Of a stretch of DNA of 64,000 nucleotides, positions 8,721 through 17,556 are shown in pieces. The position numbers and the translations under genes are program-made. This stretch comes from Bacteroidota bacterium (GTDB lineage Bacteria; Bacteroidota; Bacteroidia; Bacteroidales; P3): NCBI GenBank assembly GCA_017860255.1, contig JAFNAR010000007.1:153-64152 (forward strand), written 5' to 3'. Each line of letters opens with the position of its first letter. Position 1 is the stretch's first letter. The notes under the pieces are model-generated. The model did not search any database. It was not told where the DNA came from and worked only from the letters and a program-made list of their open reading frames with translations.

Positions 8721-9917
8721 ATGAAAAAAACATTGCTAATTTTAGTAGCACTTATTTTTGCTGTAAACCTGAACTCCCAAGCTGAAGACTTTTCAGCAGT
8801 AAATGACGGAGATACTATTTATTATAAAATTACTTCATCTGTTGCTCCTTACACAGTTGAGGTAACTTATCGTGGTGAGTTGTTTAACTATTATGCGGAT
8901 GAGTACATAGGAGATGTTTATATTCCTGATTCTGTAGAGTATAATGGCAATTATTATAAGGTTACATCAATTGGGGATGATGCTTTTCATTATTCTCCTT
9001 TTTTAACCTCAGTAATAATTCCAAATTCTGTTACTTCAATTGGTACATGGGCTTTTTCCGATTGCACTGGATTAACCTCCATAACAATTCCAAACTCTGT
9101 TATATCAATTGGTTTGGCAGCTTTTGCAAATACACCATATCTTAATAATATGCCTGATGGAGTAGTTTATATTAATAATGTTTTGTATGGATATAAAGGC
9201 ATAATGCCTCAAAATACATCAATTAGTGTCCAAAGTGGTACAATAAGCATATCTGGAATGGCTTTTTATTATTTTTTTGGATTAACTTCCATAACTATTC
9301 CAAACTCTGTTACGTCAATTGGAGAATTGGCTTTTGCTTATTGTGTTAATTTAACTTCAGTTAACATTCCAGATTCTGTTACTGCAATTTTAAGAAGTAC
9401 TTTTTCTGATTGTAATAGATTAACTTCCATAACAATTCCAAGCTCTGTTACCTCAATTGGAGAATCTGCTTTTGAGAATTGTGTTGCCTTAACATCCATA
9501 ACTTGTTTGGCTACAACTCCTCCAAGTTTAGGTAATAATGCTTTTTTACATGTTGACACATTAGCTCCTCTTTATGTTCCTGAGGCTTCAATTCCTTTAT
9601 ATCAAGCAACTGAGCAATGGCAAGATTTCTATAATATTCAATCTTTAAGTTTAAATGATATTACAAGTTATAATAATATTACCTCTAAGCTTTACCCTAA
9701 CCCAACAAGTAATAAATCATATTTGGAAATTGAAGGCCTAACCTCAGAGGCTGATGTTTTGGTTTATGATATGGTTGGAAGAGTTATTAAAACTTATAAG
9801 ATTAATCAAGGCACAAAAGAATTAGAGATTGATTTAAGTACTTACGCAAAGGGTGTTTATTCAATAAGAATAGTAAACGAAAGCATAAATCAAACTAAGA
9901 AACTTATTGTTCAATAA
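8721..9917 (+). CDS. BspA-type LRR surface protein with T9SS type A sorting domain, minimal architecture (array gene 5)
   Basis: Signal peptide nearly identical at nucleotide level to gene 4. LRR block with one irregular insert. The LRR cap (PLYVPEASIPLYQATEQW) joins almost directly to the KLYPNPT tail. No C..GCDS repeat and no Fn3 segment. Confidence 0.85.
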   Translation: MKKTLLILVALIFAVNLNSQAEDFSAVNDGDTIYYKITSSVAPYTVEVTYRGELFNYYADEYIGDVYIPDSVEYNGNYYKVTSIGDDAFHYSPFLTSVIIPNSVTSIGTWAFSDCTGLTSITIPNSVISIGLAAFANTPYLNNMPDGVVYINNVLYGYKGIMPQNTSISVQSGTISISGMAFYYFFGLTSITIPNSVTSIGELAFAYCVNLTSVNIPDSVTAILRSTFSDCNRLTSITIPSSVTSIGESAFENCVALTSITCLATTPPSLGNNAFLHVDTLAPLYVPEASIPLYQATEQWQDFYNIQSLSLNDITSYNNITSKLYPNPTSNKSYLEIEGLTSEADVLVYDMVGRVIKTYKINQGTKELEIDLSTYAKGVYSIRIVNESINQTKKLIVQ

Positions 9918-9943
9918 AATAGAATAACATAAATTAGATATTT

Positions 9944-9972
9944 AAGGATGTGATTAATCATGTCCTTTTTTC
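9944..9972 (+). terminator. Rho-independent terminator after array gene 5
   Basis: aaggatgtgattaatcatgtcctt forms a 10-12 bp stem (with two G-U pairs) and is followed by a T-run. Confidence 0.6.
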
Positions 9973-10093
9973 ATTTTTATTAATTGATCTTATATCGAAT
10001 TACAATCATAATCTAATAATGATTATAAGAAGAATTTAGCAATTAATTTTTCAACCACTTTATTAATTTTATTTGGTTTTGCATTTGTTATAT

Positions 10094-10101
10094 TATATTT
10101 G
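10094..10101 (+). promoter_or_regulatory. Bacteroidota-type -7 box for array gene 6
   Basis: tatatttg matches TAnnTTTG, 24 nt upstream of the ATG at 10125. TTTG motifs lie at 10072-10081. Confidence 0.4.
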
Positions 10102-10124
10102 CATTGTCCTAAAACAAAAACTAC

Positions 10125-13100
10125 ATGAAGAAATTATTATTAGTTTTATTTGCCATATCCTTTGCATTAACTCAAAAAGCCTATTCAGAAGACTTTTCTT
10201 CGGTTTATAATGGAGATACAATTTATTATAATATTACTTCTTCGGTTTCTCCTTTTACAGTTGGGGTAACTTATAAAGGTTATTCTGCAAATGATTTTTT
10301 AAATGAATATTCTGGGGCTGTTACAATTCCTGATTCTGTTGAGTATAATAGCAATTATTATAAAGTAACTTCAATTGGAGATTATGCTTTTGTTAATTGT
10401 TATGGATTGACATCAATAATTCTTGGAAACTCAGTTACTTCTATTGGTTTATTTGCTTTTAGCGTTTGCAGTGGATTAACTTCAATAACTATTCCTAATT
10501 CTGTAACTTCAATTGATGTTGGTGCTTTTGTAGGTTGCAGTGGATTAACTTCAATAACTATTCCAAATTCTATTACTTCTATTAATGATAATGTTTTTGA
10601 TTTATGTTCTGGATTAACTTCAATCACTATTCCAAATTCTGTTACTTCTATTGGTTTAACAGCATTTAGAGGATGTACCGGATTAACTTCAATCACAATT
10701 CCAAGCTCTGTTATTTCAATTGGAGATGATGCTTTTTCTGAATGTTATGGATTAACTTCTGTTAATATTCCAAATTCTGTTACAACAATAGGCGAACGTG
10801 CTTTTATGTCCTGCAACAGTTTAACATCATTAACTCTTCCAAGTTCTCTTACTTCAATTGAATTTGATGCTTTTTATAATTGTAATAGTTTAACCTCTAT
10901 TACAAGTAATGCAATTACACCTCCTATTGTTCAATCAAATGCTTTTTATAATGTGAATAAATCAATCCCCCTTTATATTCCATGTCATTCTTTATCTTTA
11001 TATCAATCAAATATATATTGGAGTGAGTTTACAAATAAAATCGGTTTTAAAACTCCACAATTTTTAACAACATCCATATGCGAAGGAGAAACTTATTCTA
11101 ATTATGGTGCAAATTTAGATTCTGCTGGTGTTTACACTTTGGTTAATGGTTGTGATAGTGTTATTTTAACTCTTAATATTAATCCACCTTATAGAGATAC
11201 TGTTTATGCAAAAATTCTTCAAGGTCAAACCTATACTCAAAATGGATTTAATGAAAATATTACTGGATTATATACAGATACTTTGCAGTCAATTAATGGT
11301 TGTGACAGTATTATTACTTTAAATCTTTCTGTTGTTGATACTTTCAGTGTTGTAAACAATGAAGGAAAAACAATTTATTACAAACTGACATCATCAGTTT
11401 CTCCTCAAACAGTTACAGTAACTTATAAAGGCAGTTTTTTTTATTCTTATAGCGAATATGATGGAAATATTATAATTCCAGATTCTGTTTTGTATAATGG
11501 GAATTATTATAAAGTTACATCTATTTCTGATTATGCTTTTGCTGATTCTTATGGATTGACATCATTATCCATACCTAATTCAATAACTTCAATTGGTGAA
11601 TATGCATTTTATCATTGTATGGGAATGGTTTCTGTAAATATTCCTGCTTCTATTGCTTATATTGGTAGTAGTGCTTTTAAACATTGCAATGGATTGACAT
11701 CTATAACTATCCCAAATTCAGTAACTACAATTGGTGAATCTACTTTTTATGATTGTAATAATTTAACGTCAATAATAATACCGAATTCTATTACTTCTAT
11801 TGGTTCTTATGCTTTTTCAGAATGCATTGGATTAACTTCAATAACAATTCCAAACTCAGTTAATTTAATTAGTTATTCTGCTTTCCAATATTGCACTGGA
11901 TTGACATCAATTAATTGTGAAGCAGCAACACCTCCTTCAATTCAATCAAATACCTTTTATAATGTTTCCCAATCTATTCCAGTTTATGTTCCTTGTGGCT
12001 CAGATTCATTATATCATGCTGCATCATATTGGAGTAGTTTTCCAAATATTCAAGGTGAATTTGACAGTGATACAATAATCTTTGACACAATCTGCCAGGG
12101 AGAAATATTAACTGTAAGTGGATATAATTTTGATACTGCTGGAATATATACCTTAAATCTTGATACATATTTGGGTTGTGATAGTATAGTAACTCTTAAT
12201 TTGTTTGTAAATCCAACTTATAATGACACAATATATTCTGAAATTTGTCAAGGTGAAAGCTTTACTTTAAATGGTTTTAACGTAAATACAGCTGGATTAC
12301 ACACTCAAACATTACAAACAATAAATGGTTGTGATAGTATTTTAAATCTTAGTCTTGTAGTAAATCCAACATACAACGATACAATAATTGCAGAAATCTG
12401 CCAAGGAGAAACATATACTCTAAATGGTTTTAATGAAAATATAGCAGGGTTCTATACACAAACACTTCAAACGATAAAGGGATGTGATAGTATAGTAAAC
12501 TTAACTTTAACAATTAATCAACCAGCAACAACCAATTTAGTAGCTGAGATTTGCCAAGGAGAAACATATACCTTAAATGGTTTTAATGAAAGTGTTGCAG
12601 GATTCTATACTCAAACATTACAAACAAATAAAGGTTGTGACAGTATAGTAAACCTTAATCTTATTGTTAATCCGATTTCATACACTACTTATTATGATAC
12701 TGTATGTCAGGGTGTGATATATAATAATTATGGGTTTAACTTTAATGCCGATACTTCTGGAATTTATAATCAAAACCTTCAAACAATAAATGGTTGTGAC
12801 AGCACAATAGTTTTAAACTTGGTTGTTAATCCAACTCCATCTGTTCCATATAATATAGACTTTCCATCAATAAGCTTTAACAGAGTAGATGTTATATGGC
12901 AGGGTAATGCTTTGAGTTATGATATTTACAGAAATGACAGTTTAATTGCAAATGTAAATTCAAACTATTATGTTGACAGTATTGTTTTGATTATTGGGGA
13001 AACATATTGTTATAAGGTTAAAGCTATAAATGGTGATTGCGAAAGTGAAATCAGCGATGATAATTGTTTTTATTATTATGGATTAAACAATATTAATCAA

Positions 13101-13346
13101 TCTAATATCTCTACTAAACTATATCCAAACCCAACAGAAGGTAAAGCAAGATTAGAAGTTGAAGGCTTAACCTCTGAGGCTGATGTTTTGGTTTATGATA
13201 TGGTTGGAAGAGTAATTCAAACTTATAAGATTAATCAAGGCACAAAAGAATTAGAAATTGATTTAAGCACTTACGCTAAAGGAGTTTATTCAATAAGAAT
13301 AGTAAACAAAAGCATAAATCAAACTAAGAAACTTATTGTTCAATAA
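10125..13346 (+). CDS. Large double-headed BspA-type LRR surface protein with T9SS type A sorting domain (array gene 6)
   Basis: 1073 aa. Signal peptide, head and LRR block 1, two C..GCDS repeats, then a second head (GKTIYYKLTSSVSPQTVTVTYKG) with LRR block 2, five more C..GCDS repeats, an Fn3-like segment and a T9SS tail. Confidence 0.85.
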   Translation: MKKLLLVLFAISFALTQKAYSEDFSSVYNGDTIYYNITSSVSPFTVGVTYKGYSANDFLNEYSGAVTIPDSVEYNSNYYKVTSIGDYAFVNCYGLTSIILGNSVTSIGLFAFSVCSGLTSITIPNSVTSIDVGAFVGCSGLTSITIPNSITSINDNVFDLCSGLTSITIPNSVTSIGLTAFRGCTGLTSITIPSSVISIGDDAFSECYGLTSVNIPNSVTTIGERAFMSCNSLTSLTLPSSLTSIEFDAFYNCNSLTSITSNAITPPIVQSNAFYNVNKSIPLYIPCHSLSLYQSNIYWSEFTNKIGFKTPQFLTTSICEGETYSNYGANLDSAGVYTLVNGCDSVILTLNINPPYRDTVYAKILQGQTYTQNGFNENITGLYTDTLQSINGCDSIITLNLSVVDTFSVVNNEGKTIYYKLTSSVSPQTVTVTYKGSFFYSYSEYDGNIIIPDSVLYNGNYYKVTSISDYAFADSYGLTSLSIPNSITSIGEYAFYHCMGMVSVNIPASIAYIGSSAFKHCNGLTSITIPNSVTTIGESTFYDCNNLTSIIIPNSITSIGSYAFSECIGLTSITIPNSVNLISYSAFQYCTGLTSINCEAATPPSIQSNTFYNVSQSIPVYVPCGSDSLYHAASYWSSFPNIQGEFDSDTIIFDTICQGEILTVSGYNFDTAGIYTLNLDTYLGCDSIVTLNLFVNPTYNDTIYSEICQGESFTLNGFNVNTAGLHTQTLQTINGCDSILNLSLVVNPTYNDTIIAEICQGETYTLNGFNENIAGFYTQTLQTIKGCDSIVNLTLTINQPATTNLVAEICQGETYTLNGFNESVAGFYTQTLQTNKGCDSIVNLNLIVNPISYTTYYDTVCQGVIYNNYGFNFNADTSGIYNQNLQTINGCDSTIVLNLVVNPTPSVPYNIDFPSISFNRVDVIWQGNALSYDIYRNDSLIANVNSNYYVDSIVLIIGETYCYKVKAINGDCESEISDDNCFYYYGLNNINQSNISTKLYPNPTEGKARLEVEGLTSEADVLVYDMVGRVIQTYKINQGTKELEIDLSTYAKGVYSIRIVNKSINQTKKLIVQ

Positions 13347-13368
13347 TAAAATACAATAAATGTATTAT

Positions 13369-13396
13369 GTAGAGACTTGATTAATCAGATCTCTAC
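13369..13396. terminator. Hairpin terminator between convergent genes
   Basis: gtagagacttgattaatcagatctctac is an imperfect palindrome lying between the + stop (13346) and the - stop (13444). It shares the tgattaatca core with the hairpin at 9944. Confidence 0.5.
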
Positions 13397-13443
13397 TTGT
13401 TTAATGTCTTTATGTGTTATTTTGAAATGCAGCAACAAAGTTA

Positions 13444-13977
13444 TTATTTCACAATATTTGCAACACATCTAAGTCCTATATCTTTCCCTTCTTTTATTCC
13501 TTTTATCTTTCTGAATTTGGATGTTTTTTCATAGTCTTGGGCATTGGGAATGGAGAATACAATTTTATATTTTTTCCCTACCTTGTAATTATATACTTTT
13601 GTTCGCCAATTGCAATAGTCTTGAAGTTGCTTGGGTGATATGCCTACAATTGGCATTTTATCTTTTTTATTTAAGTATTTTTCATTAGAACCTAATACAT
13701 AATTGTTCTTTTTCTCATCTTTCAATAATTGATATTTATCTTTATAATGTGAATTAAATTCTTCTATGTTTGGAATTATTGCAAGATATTCTTTTGATGT
13801 TTTGCCATATTCTCTTTCTTGATAGAACATATATTCATTCCAATCTTGAATTGAAAGTGGGGAATTGTCCATATACTTTAACTCCTGCTTGTCTATTTGA
13901 GTCATATAAGGTATCTTTTGAGCATATAGATTAATGCTTAAAAATGCTATTAAAGCAAAAAGAAATAACTTTTTCAT
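13444..13977 (-). CDS. Small secreted protein with possible minimal FGE-sulfatase (SUMF1-like) domain
   Basis: 177 aa with a signal peptide. DYCNWRT...FSIPNAQDYEK...GLRCV resembles the YC.W / RLPTEAEWE / GFRCV landmarks of the FGE-sulfatase fold, but the protein is much shorter than typical members. Confidence 0.35.
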   Translation of the reverse strand: MKKLFLFALIAFLSINLYAQKIPYMTQIDKQELKYMDNSPLSIQDWNEYMFYQEREYGKTSKEYLAIIPNIEEFNSHYKDKYQLLKDEKKNNYVLGSNEKYLNKKDKMPIVGISPKQLQDYCNWRTKVYNYKVGKKYKIVFSIPNAQDYEKTSKFRKIKGIKEGKDIGLRCVANIVK

Positions 13978-14199
13978 TATTTAATAATTTTAGGTCTATG
14001 TTATTTAACGAGATGTTGGAAATATTATTGCAAAAAGAAAGCTCCCAATTTTTCTTCACAGATAAATTGGGAGATAAAATCATAAACAATATAGTTATGA
14101 AATTCAAAAAAGAATATTCAAATATACTACTTGGAAAAAGCGAATGCAAGTTTTTAAGAATTATTATGATTTTATGATTTAGGTTTTGAATTATATTGT

Positions 14200-14207
14200 A
14201 TATTTGC
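14200..14207 (+). promoter_or_regulatory. Bacteroidota-type -7 box
   Basis: tatatttg matches TAnnTTTG, 27 nt upstream of the ATG at 14234. This argues against the upstream TTG (14186) as the start. Confidence 0.4.
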
Positions 14208-14233
14208 CAAATATATTTTTAAATTTTATTATT

Positions 14234-15736
14234 ATGAAAAACTGGTTCTCTACAAGAATGCAAGAATTGAAACAAGGGTTTCAAAATGTTTTTAAAGGCT
14301 ATTTGCTTGAATTTATTATCTCTATTCTTTTTGCTCTAAGTTTTATTATAACCAATATTTTCTTCGAACAGTGGCAAGAAACTCATATTAGAGATTTCTA
14401 CTTCTGCTTCCCTATTTGCTTTGGTGTTGTTTATGCCATTAATATTTTCACTCAAAACACTAAGCTTAGGTTTTTTTATTTTATTTCTTTTCTCATAATT
14501 CCTTTATGCTATTTTTTAAAAATTGACGTTTCGGAAAAGTTGATTGTTGGCATTATTTCAACAATTCTTTTAATTTATATTGCAAAAAAGAGAACGGAGA
14601 ATATTTATTTTAGTAGCACCATTATTCAAACTCTTATAAGTATTTTTATTTCCATTGTTTTATCATCAATTTGCATTGGATTACTGTTTGCAATTTTGCG
14701 TTCTGTTGAATATATTTTTGAGCTTGATTTCGATTATAATAATTATCAAATTATTTTCTTTGCTTTTTCCTATCTTATTGTTTCCCCTATACTTCTTCTT
14801 ATTTTTGATACTAAGAACCAGAGAAAGGTTTTGGGAGAAAAGTTGGATACTATTTTAATTAAGTATATCCTCACTCCTGCTTTCTATATTTTTGGAATTA
14901 TTCTATATGTTTATTTTGCAAAAATTCTTATCACTTTCTCCTTGCCTAAGGGTGTTGTATCGGCAACTGCAATTGGTTTTTTGATGTTGGGATTGATTAT
15001 TAAAACCTCAACAGATTCTTATGAAAAGCCTTTCCAAAAATGGTTCTTTAAGTATTTTAGTTTCTACTCCATTCCTGCTTTAATTATGCTTTGGATTGCA
15101 ACCATGAGAAGAATTTTGGAATATGGATTTACTATACCAAGAGTTTATCTTCTTTTATGCGTTATCACTCTTAGCTTATGGCTTATTGCATTGGTGTTTA
15201 AAAGAACAAAAAAATACTATTATTTAACCATTGTATCAATTGTTTTATTTAACCTCTTCACTTATATTCCTTATATTGATGCACATTATATTGCAAGATA
15301 TTCACAAAGAAACAGACCTTTGTCGGAAAAACAAAAACTTGATGAGGAACAAAGAATGTATTATTTGAGTAATCCTGTTAATAGTTTTGATATTACCAAC
15401 TATAAAAAATTGGTGTATCTGGAAAACGATAATTCTGTAGAAAAGAGTTGGTTTTATAGCTCAACTGAAAACAAAATTGAAATTTATAATGAAGAGGGAG
15501 AGCTTGTTTTTGAAGAGGATAATTTAAAATTTGTTCAACAGCAGCTTAAAAAGATTGGAATTAGCGAGAAAGAGTTTATTGCCACAGTTGATAAACAAGA
15601 GTTGGTGAATAAGAGCCAAGATAAATTCTTTATTAGAGAAACTCCAACAATGACACTTGTTTTCTCAAATATTAACTTTCAAAACAACCTAAAAGGCGAA
15701 ATAAGTATTTATATCAAATATATACTTATAAAGTAA
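14234..15736 (+). CDS. Polytopic membrane protein with C-terminal soluble domain (DUF4153-like, tentative)
   Basis: About 10 hydrophobic segments in the first ~370 aa, followed by a ~130-aa hydrophilic tail. The start is moved to the ATG at 14234 (MKNWFST). Confidence 0.5.
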   Translation: MKNWFSTRMQELKQGFQNVFKGYLLEFIISILFALSFIITNIFFEQWQETHIRDFYFCFPICFGVVYAINIFTQNTKLRFFYFISFLIIPLCYFLKIDVSEKLIVGIISTILLIYIAKKRTENIYFSSTIIQTLISIFISIVLSSICIGLLFAILRSVEYIFELDFDYNNYQIIFFAFSYLIVSPILLLIFDTKNQRKVLGEKLDTILIKYILTPAFYIFGIILYVYFAKILITFSLPKGVVSATAIGFLMLGLIIKTSTDSYEKPFQKWFFKYFSFYSIPALIMLWIATMRRILEYGFTIPRVYLLLCVITLSLWLIALVFKRTKKYYYLTIVSIVLFNLFTYIPYIDAHYIARYSQRNRPLSEKQKLDEEQRMYYLSNPVNSFDITNYKKLVYLENDNSVEKSWFYSSTENKIEIYNEEGELVFEEDNLKFVQQQLKKIGISEKEFIATVDKQELVNKSQDKFFIRETPTMTLVFSNINFQNNLKGEISIYIKYILIK

Positions 15737-15747
15737 GTTAGTTGATT

Positions 15748-16800
15748 ATGATGCAAAGAAAAGTTAATTGGAAGAGATTTGTTTTCCTATTTATATTTGG
15801 GGTGTGCTCCTATAATTGTTTTTCACAAGATACAATTAAAATAGACACTGCTTTTTTTACTGATAATGATATACCATACGAAACACAAGTACTATACTCA
15901 AAATATATCTCTAATAGATTAGGAGCAAAAGTGAAACGTGTAGCAAATGAGAGTTCTATTTATGTAGGGCGTATGGATTATGGAGAAAATATTGATATTA
16001 TTGAAGAAATTGGGGATTGGGTTGGAATAAGAGTTCATAACCATCAAATCATTAAAAACTCGAAAGGAGAATTTGAACGTATTGCTTGGGAGAAATTTTA
16101 TGTTAGGGTAAAAGATATTGGTGAATCTAATGAAATTAAGTTAGATAGTAGTGATGTATATATAGCTGATATTTATAAGAATGATAAAGTTGTCCCTTTT
16201 AATGCAGGAGAATTCTTTTCTATTGAGTTGGTAAGCAAAAAAGAGTATGAAGACAGATTAAGAGATAAGGTGGAATTTGTAATTTACGACACTTTATCTC
16301 ATATAAAAGAGAATGGGAAATTAACACTTAAAACCAAAAAAGGAGATATTGAACTTGTAGACACATTAAGCGAAGATACAGATAGTAAAATACATTATTA
16401 TGTTGGGCAGATACCTCAATTAAACAAATATATTGTAAAAAGGGAATTATATGAATATCAAGACAATTTGTTTATTGATAAAACAACAGGAGAAATAACA
16501 TATACAAATTATGAAACATATTTAAGCAGTGATAAAAAATATGTTGTTGCTTTTTATATAGATCCTTATGATGTTAGTACAAGTATACAGCTTTATGAAG
16601 TTAAGGACAAAAGAAATTTGAATTTAATTACTGAATTTTCATTCACTAAGTTTATGTTGCTTTACGATAAAGTAAATTATTTTACTAATGACAATTATCT
16701 CTATCTTGCAATAAATAGCCCATCTACATATTTCCAAAATTACGAAAATAATTTAGATGATTTCCAATACATTAAGATTAAGATATTAAAGAAAAAATAG
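15748..16800 (+). CDS. Secreted protein, unknown function
   Basis: About 350-aa ORF starting 12 bp after the upstream gene, with a hydrophobic N-terminus FVFLFIFGVCSYNCFSQ. No recognisable catalytic motif. Confidence 0.5.
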   Translation: MMQRKVNWKRFVFLFIFGVCSYNCFSQDTIKIDTAFFTDNDIPYETQVLYSKYISNRLGAKVKRVANESSIYVGRMDYGENIDIIEEIGDWVGIRVHNHQIIKNSKGEFERIAWEKFYVRVKDIGESNEIKLDSSDVYIADIYKNDKVVPFNAGEFFSIELVSKKEYEDRLRDKVEFVIYDTLSHIKENGKLTLKTKKGDIELVDTLSEDTDSKIHYYVGQIPQLNKYIVKRELYEYQDNLFIDKTTGEITYTNYETYLSSDKKYVVAFYIDPYDVSTSIQLYEVKDKRNLNLITEFSFTKFMLLYDKVNYFTNDNYLYLAINSPSTYFQNYENNLDDFQYIKIKILKKK

Positions 16801-16810
16801 TCTAAAACTT

Positions 16811-17545
16811 TTAATGCAATATAGTAGCAAGAACTATATGTGATTTTATGCTATTAGGAGAAAGAATATGCGTTTGATAAAATTGAATTAGGATATTAAG
16901 AATTTTGGTTTTCTCTTCTTTGGTAAGTTTGATTGGGGTGTAGTTTTGTGATCTGTTTTCTTGTGAGAAAAGAAAATTGGAAATTAAAAGGGAGTCTTCT
17001 TTTGAAAGTTGGTTGCTTAAATAGGGATTATTGCTTACAAAATGTCCTTTTTGAATATCAAAGAATGGTATTTCAAGACTATAATTATTCATTGGCATAA
17101 ATCCCAAATGTTCCGATAGTTCAATTAGAAAGCTTAAATGAAAGGTGGAATAGTTGTCGGTTAAATTGTTTAGTTTTAGAATGTTTTCTTCAATAAACTC
17201 ATATAGCACTTCGCTCCTTTCCTCTTCTTTAAGGCATTGGTTTATGATTTCTGAAAGGAAAAATGCAAGTGAGGTTTTCTTTATATCGGAAAATAAAGGT
17301 GTGAGGTCTTTATCTATCTTTGCTTCACTTATAATTTGAATTTCTTTTTTGGGGTTGTTATATACCTGCAAGTCTAAAATGTAGAGTGGTTGAAATATGT
17401 TGGAACGAAGGTTTGATTTGCTTTTCCTCCCTCCTTTTAGGATATACGATTTTACTCCAAACTCTTTGGTAAGTATTCTTACAATTGTGCTGCTTTCCAA
17501 ATAGGGGAAGGTTCGTAGTACTACCCCTTTTGTTTCGTATATCAT
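16811..17545 (-). CDS. recO: DNA repair protein RecO
   Basis: 244 aa. N-terminus MIYETKGVVLRTFPYLESSTIVRILTKEFGVKSYILKGGRKSKS matches the typical RecO OB-fold N-terminus. Confidence 0.8.
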   Translation of the reverse strand: MIYETKGVVLRTFPYLESSTIVRILTKEFGVKSYILKGGRKSKSNLRSNIFQPLYILDLQVYNNPKKEIQIISEAKIDKDLTPLFSDIKKTSLAFFLSEIINQCLKEEERSEVLYEFIEENILKLNNLTDNYSTFHLSFLIELSEHLGFMPMNNYSLEIPFFDIQKGHFVSNNPYLSNQLSKEDSLLISNFLFSQENRSQNYTPIKLTKEEKTKILNILIQFYQTHILSPNSIKSHIVLATILH

Positions 17546-17556
17546 TTTTGTTTGAC

